27,839 nucleotides of DNA from Promethearchaeota archaeon (GTDB lineage Archaea; Asgardarchaeota; Lokiarchaeia; Sigyniarchaeales; SOKP01): the NCBI GenBank assembly GCA_016839745.1, contig JAEOTS010000071.1, positions 1-27,839 on the forward strand. The letters are read 5' to 3'. Below are positions 8,219 through 17,187 of the stretch, piece after piece. Under the pieces are notes generated by a model. The model was not told where the DNA came from, ran no database searches, and saw nothing but the letters and a program-made list of their open reading frames with translations. The translations under genes were made by a program, and so were the position numbers. Within the stretch, counting starts at the first letter, position 1. Every line of letters begins with the position of its first letter.

Positions 8219-8773
8219 ATGAGCCAAAGATTTAGGAAATTCGTAGAAAGGGTAGCAAAGGACAACGAATTTAAACCGCTAAAGAATAAGCTACTATACT
8301 ATTTACAAAAGGAAAGCGAAAACAAATACAAAAACTATCCCCGACTTTTAGAGTTAATGCAATCTTATTGGCCAAAATATAAAGAAGGATCTCGAATTTC
8401 TTATTTGCTAAGAGATCACTACGAAGAAATTTTCACTTTTTACCTTAACACGCTTTTTCCCTTCAGAAAAAGAGGTTTAATGTTAACTCATCCTGAGGCT
8501 CCAACTCCTGTTGACTTTAAGCTCGTCTATAATTACCATTATAACTTAGCAGAAATTGAAGTAGTACAAGATGTTATGAAGAATTTGAATATCGATGCAA
8601 AAATAGAAAGCATTCTGAAAAGAATCCTAATTTTTGCAGTAAGTTCATTTAGTCCTATGATTCAGAAAATTTTCAAAAGACCGTTTGCTTTTCAATTTTC
8701 TAGTATTGACGCAAACCAATCTAGCAACGGGGAATGGGAAGTAATTGCAATAATTTCTGCAAGGGAACAATAA
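8219..8773 (+). CDS. hypothetical protein
   Basis: 184-codon ATG ORF divergent from the deacetylase; no motif recognised. Confidence 0.7.
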   Translation: MSQRFRKFVERVAKDNEFKPLKNKLLYYLQKESENKYKNYPRLLELMQSYWPKYKEGSRISYLLRDHYEEIFTFYLNTLFPFRKRGLMLTHPEAPTPVDFKLVYNYHYNLAEIEVVQDVMKNLNIDAKIESILKRILIFAVSSFSPMIQKIFKRPFAFQFSSIDANQSSNGEWEVIAIISAREQ

Positions 8774-8801
8774 ACTTTCACTTAATTAGGCTTAATATAA
8801 G

Positions 8802-9230
8802 CTATTTAGTCAAGAAAGATCCCAAATCCATCATTTCACCGTCTCCTTTTTTGACTTGGATCTTTCCCTTTATTCCTTTAACCTTGCGTTCTAAATAAAT
8901 AATTGCGTCTAATGGAATCTTTCTTGGTACTCCTCCTTGTCGGTTGATAATAGCAATTAGGTAGTCTATGTTTGTTATAACATCAGGGCTTACTAATTCG
9001 TTGAAAATTGCTTGATATACCATTGGTTCATTTGCTTTTATCCTTTCTAAATAAGAAAAAGCGTCTGGGGCTAAAACGACCCTTAACACGTATAAAACTT
9101 TATCATTAATTGAAACAACTCTCTCTTGTGTTGCTTGTTGTCTTTTTTGAGCGTCCATAAGAGCTTTCATTTTTTTCATTCGTAATTTCTCTAATTCGTG
9201 CTGTTCACTATCGTTGTCATGTTCATCCAT
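8802..9230 (-). CDS. PDCD5/TFAR19-like DNA-binding protein
   Basis: ELEKLRMKKMKAL...VLRVVLAPDAFSYLERIK...YLIAI...KIP...KIQVKK follows the PDCD5 pattern; SD GAGGT upstream. Confidence 0.75.
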   Translation of the reverse strand: MDEHDNDSEQHELEKLRMKKMKALMDAQKRQQATQERVVSINDKVLYVLRVVLAPDAFSYLERIKANEPMVYQAIFNELVSPDVITNIDYLIAIINRQGGVPRKIPLDAIIYLERKVKGIKGKIQVKKGDGEMMDLGSFLTK

Positions 9231-9265
9231 TACTAGTACCTCATCGTTTTAAATAAACCAAAGAA

Positions 9266-10192
9266 TTAAGAATTTACTATTTTTAGAGCAATTTCGAGTG
9301 CTCTTATACCATCATCCAGAGAAACTTCTTGTTCTTTATCGTAGAGAAAATTGTTAATTTCTCTCTTTAAGGGCTCGTCTCCTTTTAAAGGAGAAAAAGT
9401 TGTATCTTTTGTTATTGGATGTTCGCCTTGTAAGTCAATTCCAGTTCTAATATTAATTTGTTGAGAGATAAAGTCAGCAGAAATTCCACCAAATTCTCCA
9501 TTAACGTACATTCTTCTGAATTTTGAGGGTGTTAGCCAATTTGATTCAATCTGACCAATAGCAGTTCCAAAATCTAAAATAATGAATGCCGCATCCGCGT
9601 GGATAGAATCTTTATAACATTTCTTAACGCCAAACGCGTTTTCAATCTTAGTATCTCCAAAGATTTTCTCCTGTAGATAAATATCGTGAATAGATAAATC
9701 TAATATAACACCCATATCCCACTCTCTCTTAGGGTACAACCCAACCCGTTTCGATGCAATTGAGATGATCTCTCCAATTTCTTCAATATGATTTAATACT
9801 TTCTCAACGACAGGATTAAACAGTTCAATAAATCCAGGCATTATTCTTATGTTATCATATTCTTTGAACGAGATTAATTCATCCAATTTTAAAGCCATCG
9901 GCTTCTCCATCAGTATATCAATTCCCGCTTGAGCAAATTTCCTCGAAATTGTTGGGATCTGTTTTGGAGGAGTTACAATGCTCACCGCGTCTATGTTTTC
10001 ATTTTTAATCAAATCATCTATATTGGTATAAGCATTAACTCCTTCATATTGCCCAATTAATTCTTTTAATTTGGATTCGTTAGTATCACATATACCTACA
10101 AGCTCAGAAAGGTTGTCGAAATTTCTAATATGCGCCCGACCAAACCATCCGGCACCAACAACAGCTGTTCTTTTCTTTTTCATTTCTCTCAA
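9266..10192 (-). CDS. Gfo/Idh/MocA family NAD(P)-dependent oxidoreductase (possible nucleotide-sugar 3-dehydrogenase)
   Basis: VVGAGWFG Rossmann motif, EKPMA, GVILDLSIHDI, SNWLTPSKFR. Confidence 0.9.
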   Translation of the reverse strand: MREMKKKRTAVVGAGWFGRAHIRNFDNLSELVGICDTNESKLKELIGQYEGVNAYTNIDDLIKNENIDAVSIVTPPKQIPTISRKFAQAGIDILMEKPMALKLDELISFKEYDNIRIMPGFIELFNPVVEKVLNHIEEIGEIISIASKRVGLYPKREWDMGVILDLSIHDIYLQEKIFGDTKIENAFGVKKCYKDSIHADAAFIILDFGTAIGQIESNWLTPSKFRRMYVNGEFGGISADFISQQINIRTGIDLQGEHPITKDTTFSPLKGDEPLKREINNFLYDKEQEVSLDDGIRALEIALKIVNS

Positions 10193-10307
10193 ACAAACTA
10201 TTTATATAAAAAAATAATGTTAGTCAAAATAAGAATTTTATCAAGTTATTAGAAGTGCGTAAAAACATTTATCAGTATACTTCGCTTAAAATTTTAACAA
10301 AGGAGAT

Positions 10308-12101
10308 TTGGTAAAAATGAAAAAAAAAAAGATAATGATAGTCGGGTTATTTGTAAGTATTGTTCTACTTAGTAGTGTGCTTATTTTAAATTTATTTTTA
10401 AATTCTAAAATCACCCAAAAAAGAGATAATCAAAATCTAGATATTAGTGGAAATTTTTCTAACTATAATTTAACCGTATTTATGGACGAATTAAACTCAA
10501 TGGTTGAGGGTAATTTGACTGTTGACTTTTATAATAACGATAATGTAAATTTTACGCGAATACCTTTCCATATTTATTTATCGGGAATGGCCTTCGATAC
10601 ACGACCAGGAAGCATTGTAATCGTTAATGTAACTGATGTAAACAATTCCAACATTTCTTTCCCTTTTGATGTATATAGTTCTTCGCAAATTATGTGGGTA
10701 AACCTTTCAGAAACATTAGAACCTCAAATGAGGGCTCAATTTATTATTCAATTTAATGCAACCCTTCCAGATGGAGGAATTGATCGAGCTAATTCCCACG
10801 GGAGTGATGGGAATCAGTCTCGTATCTATAAGTTTGCCAGTTTTTATCCAATTCCTTGCGTGTATGATAATGCAGACGGTTGGAATACTGATTTTTATTT
10901 AACTACGGGGGATCCATTTTATTTTGATATGGCTTATTATAACTTTTTTATTGAAGCTCCAAGCGGAATGGTAATTGCAGCCACCGGGAAGCTAGAGGAA
11001 AAATTAGATAAAGGGGCAACGATTTGGTATCATTTTAATCCAGTATATCCTGTTCGAGAGGTCACTTTTTCAGCATCACATTGGTTTCAGGTCCAATCAA
11101 GAATTTCAAATGGAGTAAATATTTCAACTTACTTTCTTCCAAAAGACAGCGGGCTATGGAATGATTTTGCGTTAAACATCGCTATAAATGCTTTAATCCT
11201 GTTTAATAACTCTTTTGGATTATATCCTTATCCAACACTTAATATCGTAGAAGAATACACCAATTTCGGAGGAATGGAATACCCAAATCAAGTATACATA
11301 TCAGAATCTATTAGTAGTACTGGATTCTTTGAAAAAGTAATTGTCCATGAGGTCTGTCATCAATGGTGGTATAACTTAATTGGAAATGATGAAGTAGATA
11401 TAGGATTTTTAGACGAAGGTTTAACTTGTTGGTCATCTGATTATTATGTAGAGTATTATTATGGAGACTGGGAGCTTTTCCAATTAACGCGATACATCGA
11501 TGAAGTGAGGGTTTATTATGCAGATTATGGATTGAGTTCTAAAATAAATCAGACAATTTATGAATGTTTTGCTACCAGTACCAATTATTACTATGTCGCT
11601 TATCATAAAGCACCTTTAATTTTTGAGAAGTTACGCCGAACTATCGGACTCACAGACTTTTTAGAAGGTTTGAAATTATATTTTGAAAGACACCGATTTG
11701 AGCTCGTCCTACTATCAGATTTACAGCAAGCATTTGAGGATGTAGTGGGGCAATCACTAGATTGGTTTTTCTTTCCGTGGTTCGATAATCTCTACCTTCC
11801 AAAATATTCAATTGCACAAAACACTTACAATACCGGAACTCACAAGCTAAATTTAACTATTAACGATTTAAACGAGCCTCTGAACGATTTTGATTACTCT
11901 CAACAAGTTCCATTAGAAGTGTACAATAATATAGATTCTCTGATATTTAGTCAAACAATCTGGATTAATGGAACAACTGAATTATCTTTTACTATTACTA
12001 ACCAGCCATATAGAGTAATGTTAAATTATAATAACTATGTATTGGTTCAAATAGCAAATGAAACTGATCTTACACTAGATTCACTAGTCCAAGTGATTTA
12101 A
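10308..12101 (+). CDS. membrane-anchored/secreted M1 family Zn aminopeptidase
   Basis: Basic N-terminus plus TM; GGMEYP exopeptidase motif; HEVCH-x18-E (LDEG); YHKAP catalytic Tyr region; many N-x-S/T sequons. Confidence 0.9.
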   Translation: MVKMKKKKIMIVGLFVSIVLLSSVLILNLFLNSKITQKRDNQNLDISGNFSNYNLTVFMDELNSMVEGNLTVDFYNNDNVNFTRIPFHIYLSGMAFDTRPGSIVIVNVTDVNNSNISFPFDVYSSSQIMWVNLSETLEPQMRAQFIIQFNATLPDGGIDRANSHGSDGNQSRIYKFASFYPIPCVYDNADGWNTDFYLTTGDPFYFDMAYYNFFIEAPSGMVIAATGKLEEKLDKGATIWYHFNPVYPVREVTFSASHWFQVQSRISNGVNISTYFLPKDSGLWNDFALNIAINALILFNNSFGLYPYPTLNIVEEYTNFGGMEYPNQVYISESISSTGFFEKVIVHEVCHQWWYNLIGNDEVDIGFLDEGLTCWSSDYYVEYYYGDWELFQLTRYIDEVRVYYADYGLSSKINQTIYECFATSTNYYYVAYHKAPLIFEKLRRTIGLTDFLEGLKLYFERHRFELVLLSDLQQAFEDVVGQSLDWFFFPWFDNLYLPKYSIAQNTYNTGTHKLNLTINDLNEPLNDFDYSQQVPLEVYNNIDSLIFSQTIWINGTTELSFTITNQPYRVMLNYNNYVLVQIANETDLTLDSLVQVI

Positions 12102-12240
12102 GGCCTTAATCTTCCATATACGCCATAAGATATGCCTGGTTATGAAATAGTGTAGTTTTTAATATTTAACATAGCTTTAATTAGGTTTGTAATAGTTAAC
12201 CACAGAAGGAAGCTTATAGGAAAAAGATAAAAAAAATTAG

Positions 12241-12392
12241 TCCCCCCTCTCGGATACCCATTATTTCCTAAACGGAAAACTCATTTGAGCCGAGGACCTC
12301 ACGGTATCGGCTGACAATACTTCATAGGCAAAAACCTTAGTAAGCGATATTGATCTACAGCCGCGCGCTCTGACCAACTGAGCTAAGGGGGG
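12241..12392 (-). tRNA. tRNA-Tyr(GUA) with two introns (37/38: 12306-12354, 49 nt; 59/60: 12255-12283, 29 nt); CCA not encoded
   Basis: Minus strand: acceptor CCCCCCT/AGGGGGG + A73; D arm GCTC-AGTTGGTCA-GAGC; anticodon stem CGCGG/CCGTG with CT-GTA-G|A; T stem CTCGG/CCGAG with loop CTCAAA|T. 152-49-29 = 74 nt mature. C1-G72 and A73 are archaeal/eukaryotic Tyr identity elements. Confidence 0.92.
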
Positions 12393-12626
12393 TAGGACTT
12401 GATATATTTTTTAATTAATATAGTAATATAATTTTTACTATTTTCTTTTAGAAATCACAAGAATGAGGGCAATTTAAAAATTTTAAAAACAAAACTTTTC
12501 AATCTTGGTAGATTTTCAAATATGTTCTATTTATAATAAAAATCTAAAATAGCACAAATTTTTTTAAAGAAAACCCTAACTAATATGTAATATAATTTAA
12601 AAAATTCAAAATTGAAGTGAAATTTA

Positions 12627-13136
12627 TTGAGAGAAGAAACTGATTATACTGAAGCCATTGAAGCGTATAAAAGCGATAGTAATGTAATCATCGAACCATG
12701 GGGGCGTAGTATCGACCACCTCCGACTTACCATAATCGGAAAAGAAGGAACTCCATACGGTAAAGGTAAGTTCATATTCGAAATCAAGTTTCCTGAAAAC
12801 TATCCATTTGCTCCTCCGTATGCATACGCTGTCACCTTAATGTGGCACCCTAATATAGACAGCAGCATTCCTCCAGGAAAACTTAATATATGTTTAGATC
12901 TGATTAATCCAGACCTAGTTGGCAAGGTAGACGCTTCCACTGGTGCATCTGGGTGGACACCTTCCAAAACCTTAACTAACATCATAGAAGCCTTAAAAGG
13001 CATGATGCATGTTGAACCTCCCTTCTTTAATCCCGGAGACCCTCTTAACCACGAGGCGGGTGAGCAATATTTCAGAGCTCAAAAGAAATTTGAGGCAAAA
13101 GCTAAGTCATGGACTTCCAAATATGCCATGGATTAG
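12627..13136 (+). CDS. ubiquitin-conjugating enzyme E2 (UBC fold)
   Basis: GKEGTPYGKGKF..I.FPENYPFAPP, WHPNI, catalytic ICLDLI (Cys codon 12891-12893), WTPS, PLNHEA; TTG start. Confidence 0.93.
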   Translation: MREETDYTEAIEAYKSDSNVIIEPWGRSIDHLRLTIIGKEGTPYGKGKFIFEIKFPENYPFAPPYAYAVTLMWHPNIDSSIPPGKLNICLDLINPDLVGKVDASTGASGWTPSKTLTNIIEALKGMMHVEPPFFNPGDPLNHEAGEQYFRAQKKFEAKAKSWTSKYAMD

Positions 13137-13355
13137 GATTAACTATTATTTTTTATCCCTTATTTTTTGTAACGAACTAAATTATTTACGAAACGACTGG
13201 ATGCAGCGTATGTATAAAGGAGTGCCCCTTTCATAAAATAGGCTATAAAGCTATGTATTACTCTCGATTCTAAACCGATTAAAAATCCTATTATAAAACC
13301 TTAATTATAATACCATCTTATCTTAACTATTTATAATGCTTACTTTAACTGTATT

Positions 13356-13973
13356 ATGACTATAATGGATGCCTCAACCCTTAAAAGCAAGAAAATAATT
13401 GTGTTCGATTTAGATGGTACGATTGTCAGATTAGCGGCAGATTGGCATTCTTTAAGAAAAGCATTAAATGATCGATATCGTGAAAAGTTTAAAGAAGAAA
13501 GTCAATTTAAAAATATGTCTAGTCTTCTAAGTGACATTGTTGCTCGAGGAGACGAAGAGGAATTAAAGCATAATTTTAGCATCATACAAAAATACGAACT
13601 CGAAAATATAACAAAGAACGAGCCAATTAAGGAAGTAATTTATTTTATTAACAACAAAGAATTATTTGGGGTGAATTCGGAGGTAAAGTTTGCTATATTT
13701 TCTCTTAACACGAGAGCTACTATTATCAAATCACTACAAATAGCAGGAGTAGTTAACAAATTTGAATTCTGTGTAGGGCGAGAAGATTTAAGAGCATGGA
13801 AACCTGAACCAGAAGGATTATTGAAAATTCGAGATCGTTTTCAAGTGCTCAATAAAGATATGATATATTTTGGAGATTTAAAAAAAGACTTATTAACAGG
13901 AGCAAATGCTGGAGTTGAGACTTACATTATTGATGATCTTATTAACTTCGTTAGAAAAGTTAGAAAAAATTAA
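13356..13973 (+). CDS. HAD superfamily phosphatase (phosphoglycolate-phosphatase-like)
   Basis: FDLDGT motif I, KPEP motif III, FGD..KD...GANAGV motif IV. Confidence 0.9.
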   Translation: MTIMDASTLKSKKIIVFDLDGTIVRLAADWHSLRKALNDRYREKFKEESQFKNMSSLLSDIVARGDEEELKHNFSIIQKYELENITKNEPIKEVIYFINNKELFGVNSEVKFAIFSLNTRATIIKSLQIAGVVNKFEFCVGREDLRAWKPEPEGLLKIRDRFQVLNKDMIYFGDLKKDLLTGANAGVETYIIDDLINFVRKVRKN

Positions 13974-13995
13974 TATAATTACTAACTACAAAAAA

Positions 13996-15573
13996 TTACA
14001 TGTAGGTTATTATTACATTATACTTCTTGATCTCTGATTCGACCTTTGCCTTCCCGAGTGGAGTAAGAGTGACAATATCGTTGCTTTTAATTTTAAGAGC
14101 TGTTAATTTTATGGTCGGGTCTTTAAATTCTCCACTCATATAGGGATTCCAAAACATCTCTTTATTAACTGGATTAGTAATCATCCACACTATAGGTTCC
14201 AGTTCATGGCCTGTTATTCTCATAGCTTTGAATATGTAGCCTATGTCAGCATCAAATGGAACAACTATTTGTACATTCTCTTCTCCTTCAATTTTTCCAC
14301 AAGCAAGGCAATCGTCTCTTTTAATAATATCTAAATGATCAAATTGACCATACACGCCATTATAATTAACATAAGGAGGATCCATTGGAGGGCCAATATT
14401 TCTTCCGTGTAATCGAAATAATAGTTTTAAGGCTTCTTGGGATTGTATGCTAGAAATAATGGAGCTAACAGATTGAATCGCTGCAATTTTATTTCCTAAG
14501 ATGTTTTCCATTTCTTCAAACTTGTAATCAGTTCCAAATGTTTCTTTAATGTTATCTTTCCACTCTTTAATTTCTTCTGTGGTAAGGATTTCTAATTTTT
14601 CAGTAGAAACATTCTCATTAAACACTCTTGTTCGTAATTCTTCTAGTTCCTCCTGTGCTAATGCCATTAATTTTACTACATCATCGTCTACATTCATATC
14701 TGGTTTAAACCCATATTCTTTTTCGAAGTTAACTTCTGCTTTTATAACGCAATGGTTTCTATTTCTTGGGAGACCTTTTAAAGTGCAAGCAGCTACCAAT
14801 TTATCGTCTGCTGGAGGGATAGGAACTAAACAGCGATAACAAGGAGTAATATCCAATGAGTCTTTAGCGTATTTTTTGTCGAATTCTTCTTCGACTTGTT
14901 TTCTAACAAGTTTTCTAAAGGGGTTTAATTTTTCTATTTTCAACCTTTCAATTAGATATTCTAGCTGCTCTATTTCTTTCTGAGCATCTAAATACTCTGG
15001 ATTATCAAATTCCCACATTTTAGTTTCTACGACTTTTTCGATCTCAGCTTCTCTATTTTTGTATTCGAGCCCAGAGTCTTCTGGAATAACCACTTGAACA
15101 TGTCCTTCAAATCCTACTGTTCCACCTTCTACCATGGGCTTCTTTAATCTCAGACATATCTTGTTTAAATCTAACCTTGCGTTAAAGTTATCTAAAGCAG
15201 CAATAACAATGTCACATTCTTCGTACACTGACATTGGTAACTTTTGGAGCTTTTCAAAATAAAATTCAACTTTTAAAAAAGGATTCATGTCTTTTAGCCG
15301 TTCTGCTGCGACTTCTGCCTTAGGACGACCTTCATCACCCGGTTTGAAGAGCATTTGACGTGAGAGGTTGGAGGTTTCAATAGTGTCTAAATCCACCAAC
15401 ACTATTTTCCCAATTCCCATTAAGGCGAAATCCTTAGCAATTTCGCAACCTAATGCTCCAACACCTACGATCATTAAACATCCTTCATTAACGATTTCTT
15501 GATCCCACCCCTCTATTAACTGTTGTCGGGCGTACATCCGGGACTTTTTGATATCTTCCTTGTTTACTGTCAT
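13996..15573 (-). CDS. ubiquitin-activating E1-like enzyme (ThiF/UBA family, Uba3/Uba2-like catalytic Cys domain)
   Basis: YARQ, VGVGALG, DLDTIETSNLSRQMLF, ALDN..AR, PCYRC and CLAC Zn pairs, ACTLKGLPRNRNHC catalytic motif, C-terminal ~95-aa extension. Confidence 0.9.
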   Translation of the reverse strand: MTVNKEDIKKSRMYARQQLIEGWDQEIVNEGCLMIVGVGALGCEIAKDFALMGIGKIVLVDLDTIETSNLSRQMLFKPGDEGRPKAEVAAERLKDMNPFLKVEFYFEKLQKLPMSVYEECDIVIAALDNFNARLDLNKICLRLKKPMVEGGTVGFEGHVQVVIPEDSGLEYKNREAEIEKVVETKMWEFDNPEYLDAQKEIEQLEYLIERLKIEKLNPFRKLVRKQVEEEFDKKYAKDSLDITPCYRCLVPIPPADDKLVAACTLKGLPRNRNHCVIKAEVNFEKEYGFKPDMNVDDDVVKLMALAQEELEELRTRVFNENVSTEKLEILTTEEIKEWKDNIKETFGTDYKFEEMENILGNKIAAIQSVSSIISSIQSQEALKLLFRLHGRNIGPPMDPPYVNYNGVYGQFDHLDIIKRDDCLACGKIEGEENVQIVVPFDADIGYIFKAMRITGHELEPIVWMITNPVNKEMFWNPYMSGEFKDPTIKLTALKIKSNDIVTLTPLGKAKVESEIKKYNVIITYM

Positions 15574-15650
15574 TTTAAATATCCCTAAATAATATTATAT
15601 TATATATAATTTATTCTTCAAGAAAATTTAAATTCTTTCAGTGTTTCTTT

Positions 15651-17186
15651 TTGAAAAAGCTAATTATTGTTTTTTTCGTAATCATAGCGCTTCCGATATC
15701 CCAAATTGTATTTCTTGCAATCAGTGATTATGAGATTCCTCAAATCGTCGATTTAATTCAAAATCGAGCAAATAGAAGTAATAGTTTAGATCATTTTTCA
15801 AAAGAAATAAAAATCAGTTCTTATTACAACGCACAAGATTATATTGGTTTACAAGAAAGCGTATGGGAGAACGGATTAACAGGAAAAAATATAACTGTTG
15901 CTGTGATAGATACCGGTATTTTTGGAAACCATAGTGCTTTTACCAACGATGGTAAATTACTTTGGTCTGATCGGATTATTAAGTATTTCGATTTAATAAC
16001 AAATACTTCCGATATCCCCCAAGATGATATCGGCCACGGCACATGGGTAGCTTCTATATTGGGAGGCAACTGTAGCGATTATCAAGGTGTAGCACCGGGA
16101 GTAAACTTAGTCATCTTAAGAATTTTTGATAGTAGTGGGGAAACAAATAGTTCCGTTTTTGAGGATGCCGTCAATTGGGTACTTCAAAATAAGGATATTT
16201 ACAACATTAGGATCGTTAGCATGAGTTTTGGAGCAAAACCAGAAGCGGATAAACTATTTCAAATAGCACATCTTCAACAAATTGTTAGAAAGCTTGTCGA
16301 TAATGGAATCTTAGCAGTTGCTGCAGCTGGTAACATTGAAATTTCCTCGCAATCTGATTTAGTTGGAACTATTAACGCTCCGGCTTCAGATAAAAAGGTA
16401 CTTGCAGTTGGTGGAGTTGATTATGATGGAAATATGTATCCGCTTAGCTCGAAAGGTCCAAGTTTTGAATTCACAAAAAAGCCTGATGTATGTGCTCCAG
16501 CGGTTGGTATATATGGCGCTGATACCGACTTTTCCGATGATTATATATTTAGATCAGGTACTTCAGGAGCTACTCCATTTGTAGCTGGATTAGCAGCGTT
16601 GATGTTAGAGAAAAAAGAAACTCTAACTCCTTTACAACTAAAAAATATCCTCTCATTCACTTCCTTTAAGACTGAAAATCCGAGAATAATTCAAGATAAT
16701 ATACAAGGATGGGGAGTTATACAAGGTTACGCTGCGTTAGAATCGTTAAATCCTCCCGTTTTAATAAATGATAGCACAGAAATCGCAATTTCTTTAACTC
16801 AAAACTATACTGTGTTTTGTTTACCGATTAGACTTAAACCAAATTATTATTTTTTTGAATTAATTCAGTTGAATTTAGCACACGCAGAGATGTATTTGTA
16901 TAAAACAGAACCTAAGGAATATGGAATACCGAATCTAATCTCTCACACTATAAATAACCTAGCTCAAGAAAGCTCAGCAAAAAGAATGGGGGCTTTCAAT
17001 GATGTAGAACAAAATTATTTCTTGGTAGTAAAATCAATTCAAGGAGAAACAGGTAATTTTTTAATACGATTAGTTGTTGAATATAGAAATTTTATTTTTG
17101 TATTTTTATTCGGGATTAGTATAGTTAGTTTGGTCTATATCAGTAAATTGAGTATAAATTTAAAAAATAGAAAAAGGGTACATTAA
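15651..17186 (+). CDS. membrane-anchored subtilisin-like S8 serine protease
   Basis: Triad motifs VIDTG, GHGTWVA, SGTSGATP; AAAGN oxyanion hole; N-terminal hydrophobic signal; C-terminal TM plus basic tail. Confidence 0.92.
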   Translation: MKKLIIVFFVIIALPISQIVFLAISDYEIPQIVDLIQNRANRSNSLDHFSKEIKISSYYNAQDYIGLQESVWENGLTGKNITVAVIDTGIFGNHSAFTNDGKLLWSDRIIKYFDLITNTSDIPQDDIGHGTWVASILGGNCSDYQGVAPGVNLVILRIFDSSGETNSSVFEDAVNWVLQNKDIYNIRIVSMSFGAKPEADKLFQIAHLQQIVRKLVDNGILAVAAAGNIEISSQSDLVGTINAPASDKKVLAVGGVDYDGNMYPLSSKGPSFEFTKKPDVCAPAVGIYGADTDFSDDYIFRSGTSGATPFVAGLAALMLEKKETLTPLQLKNILSFTSFKTENPRIIQDNIQGWGVIQGYAALESLNPPVLINDSTEIAISLTQNYTVFCLPIRLKPNYYFFELIQLNLAHAEMYLYKTEPKEYGIPNLISHTINNLAQESSAKRMGAFNDVEQNYFLVVKSIQGETGNFLIRLVVEYRNFIFVFLFGISIVSLVYISKLSINLKNRKRVH

Positions 17187-17187
17187 A

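Noticed and set aside
12102-12260. tRNA 3' end as an integration site for a mobile element
   Set aside because: No integrase and no duplicated tRNA 3' fragment seen in the window.
13160-13234. 24-codon minus-strand ORF MKGALLYTYAASSRFVNNLVRYKK or sRNA between E2 and HAD
   Set aside because: Too short, no motif, no convincing stem or C/D boxes.
12800-16584. Short ORFs 12800-13003, 13009-13236, 14549-14839, 15839-16069 and 16363-16584
   Set aside because: Overlap E2, E1 or S8 genes antisense or out of frame; none resembles ubiquitin or RING.
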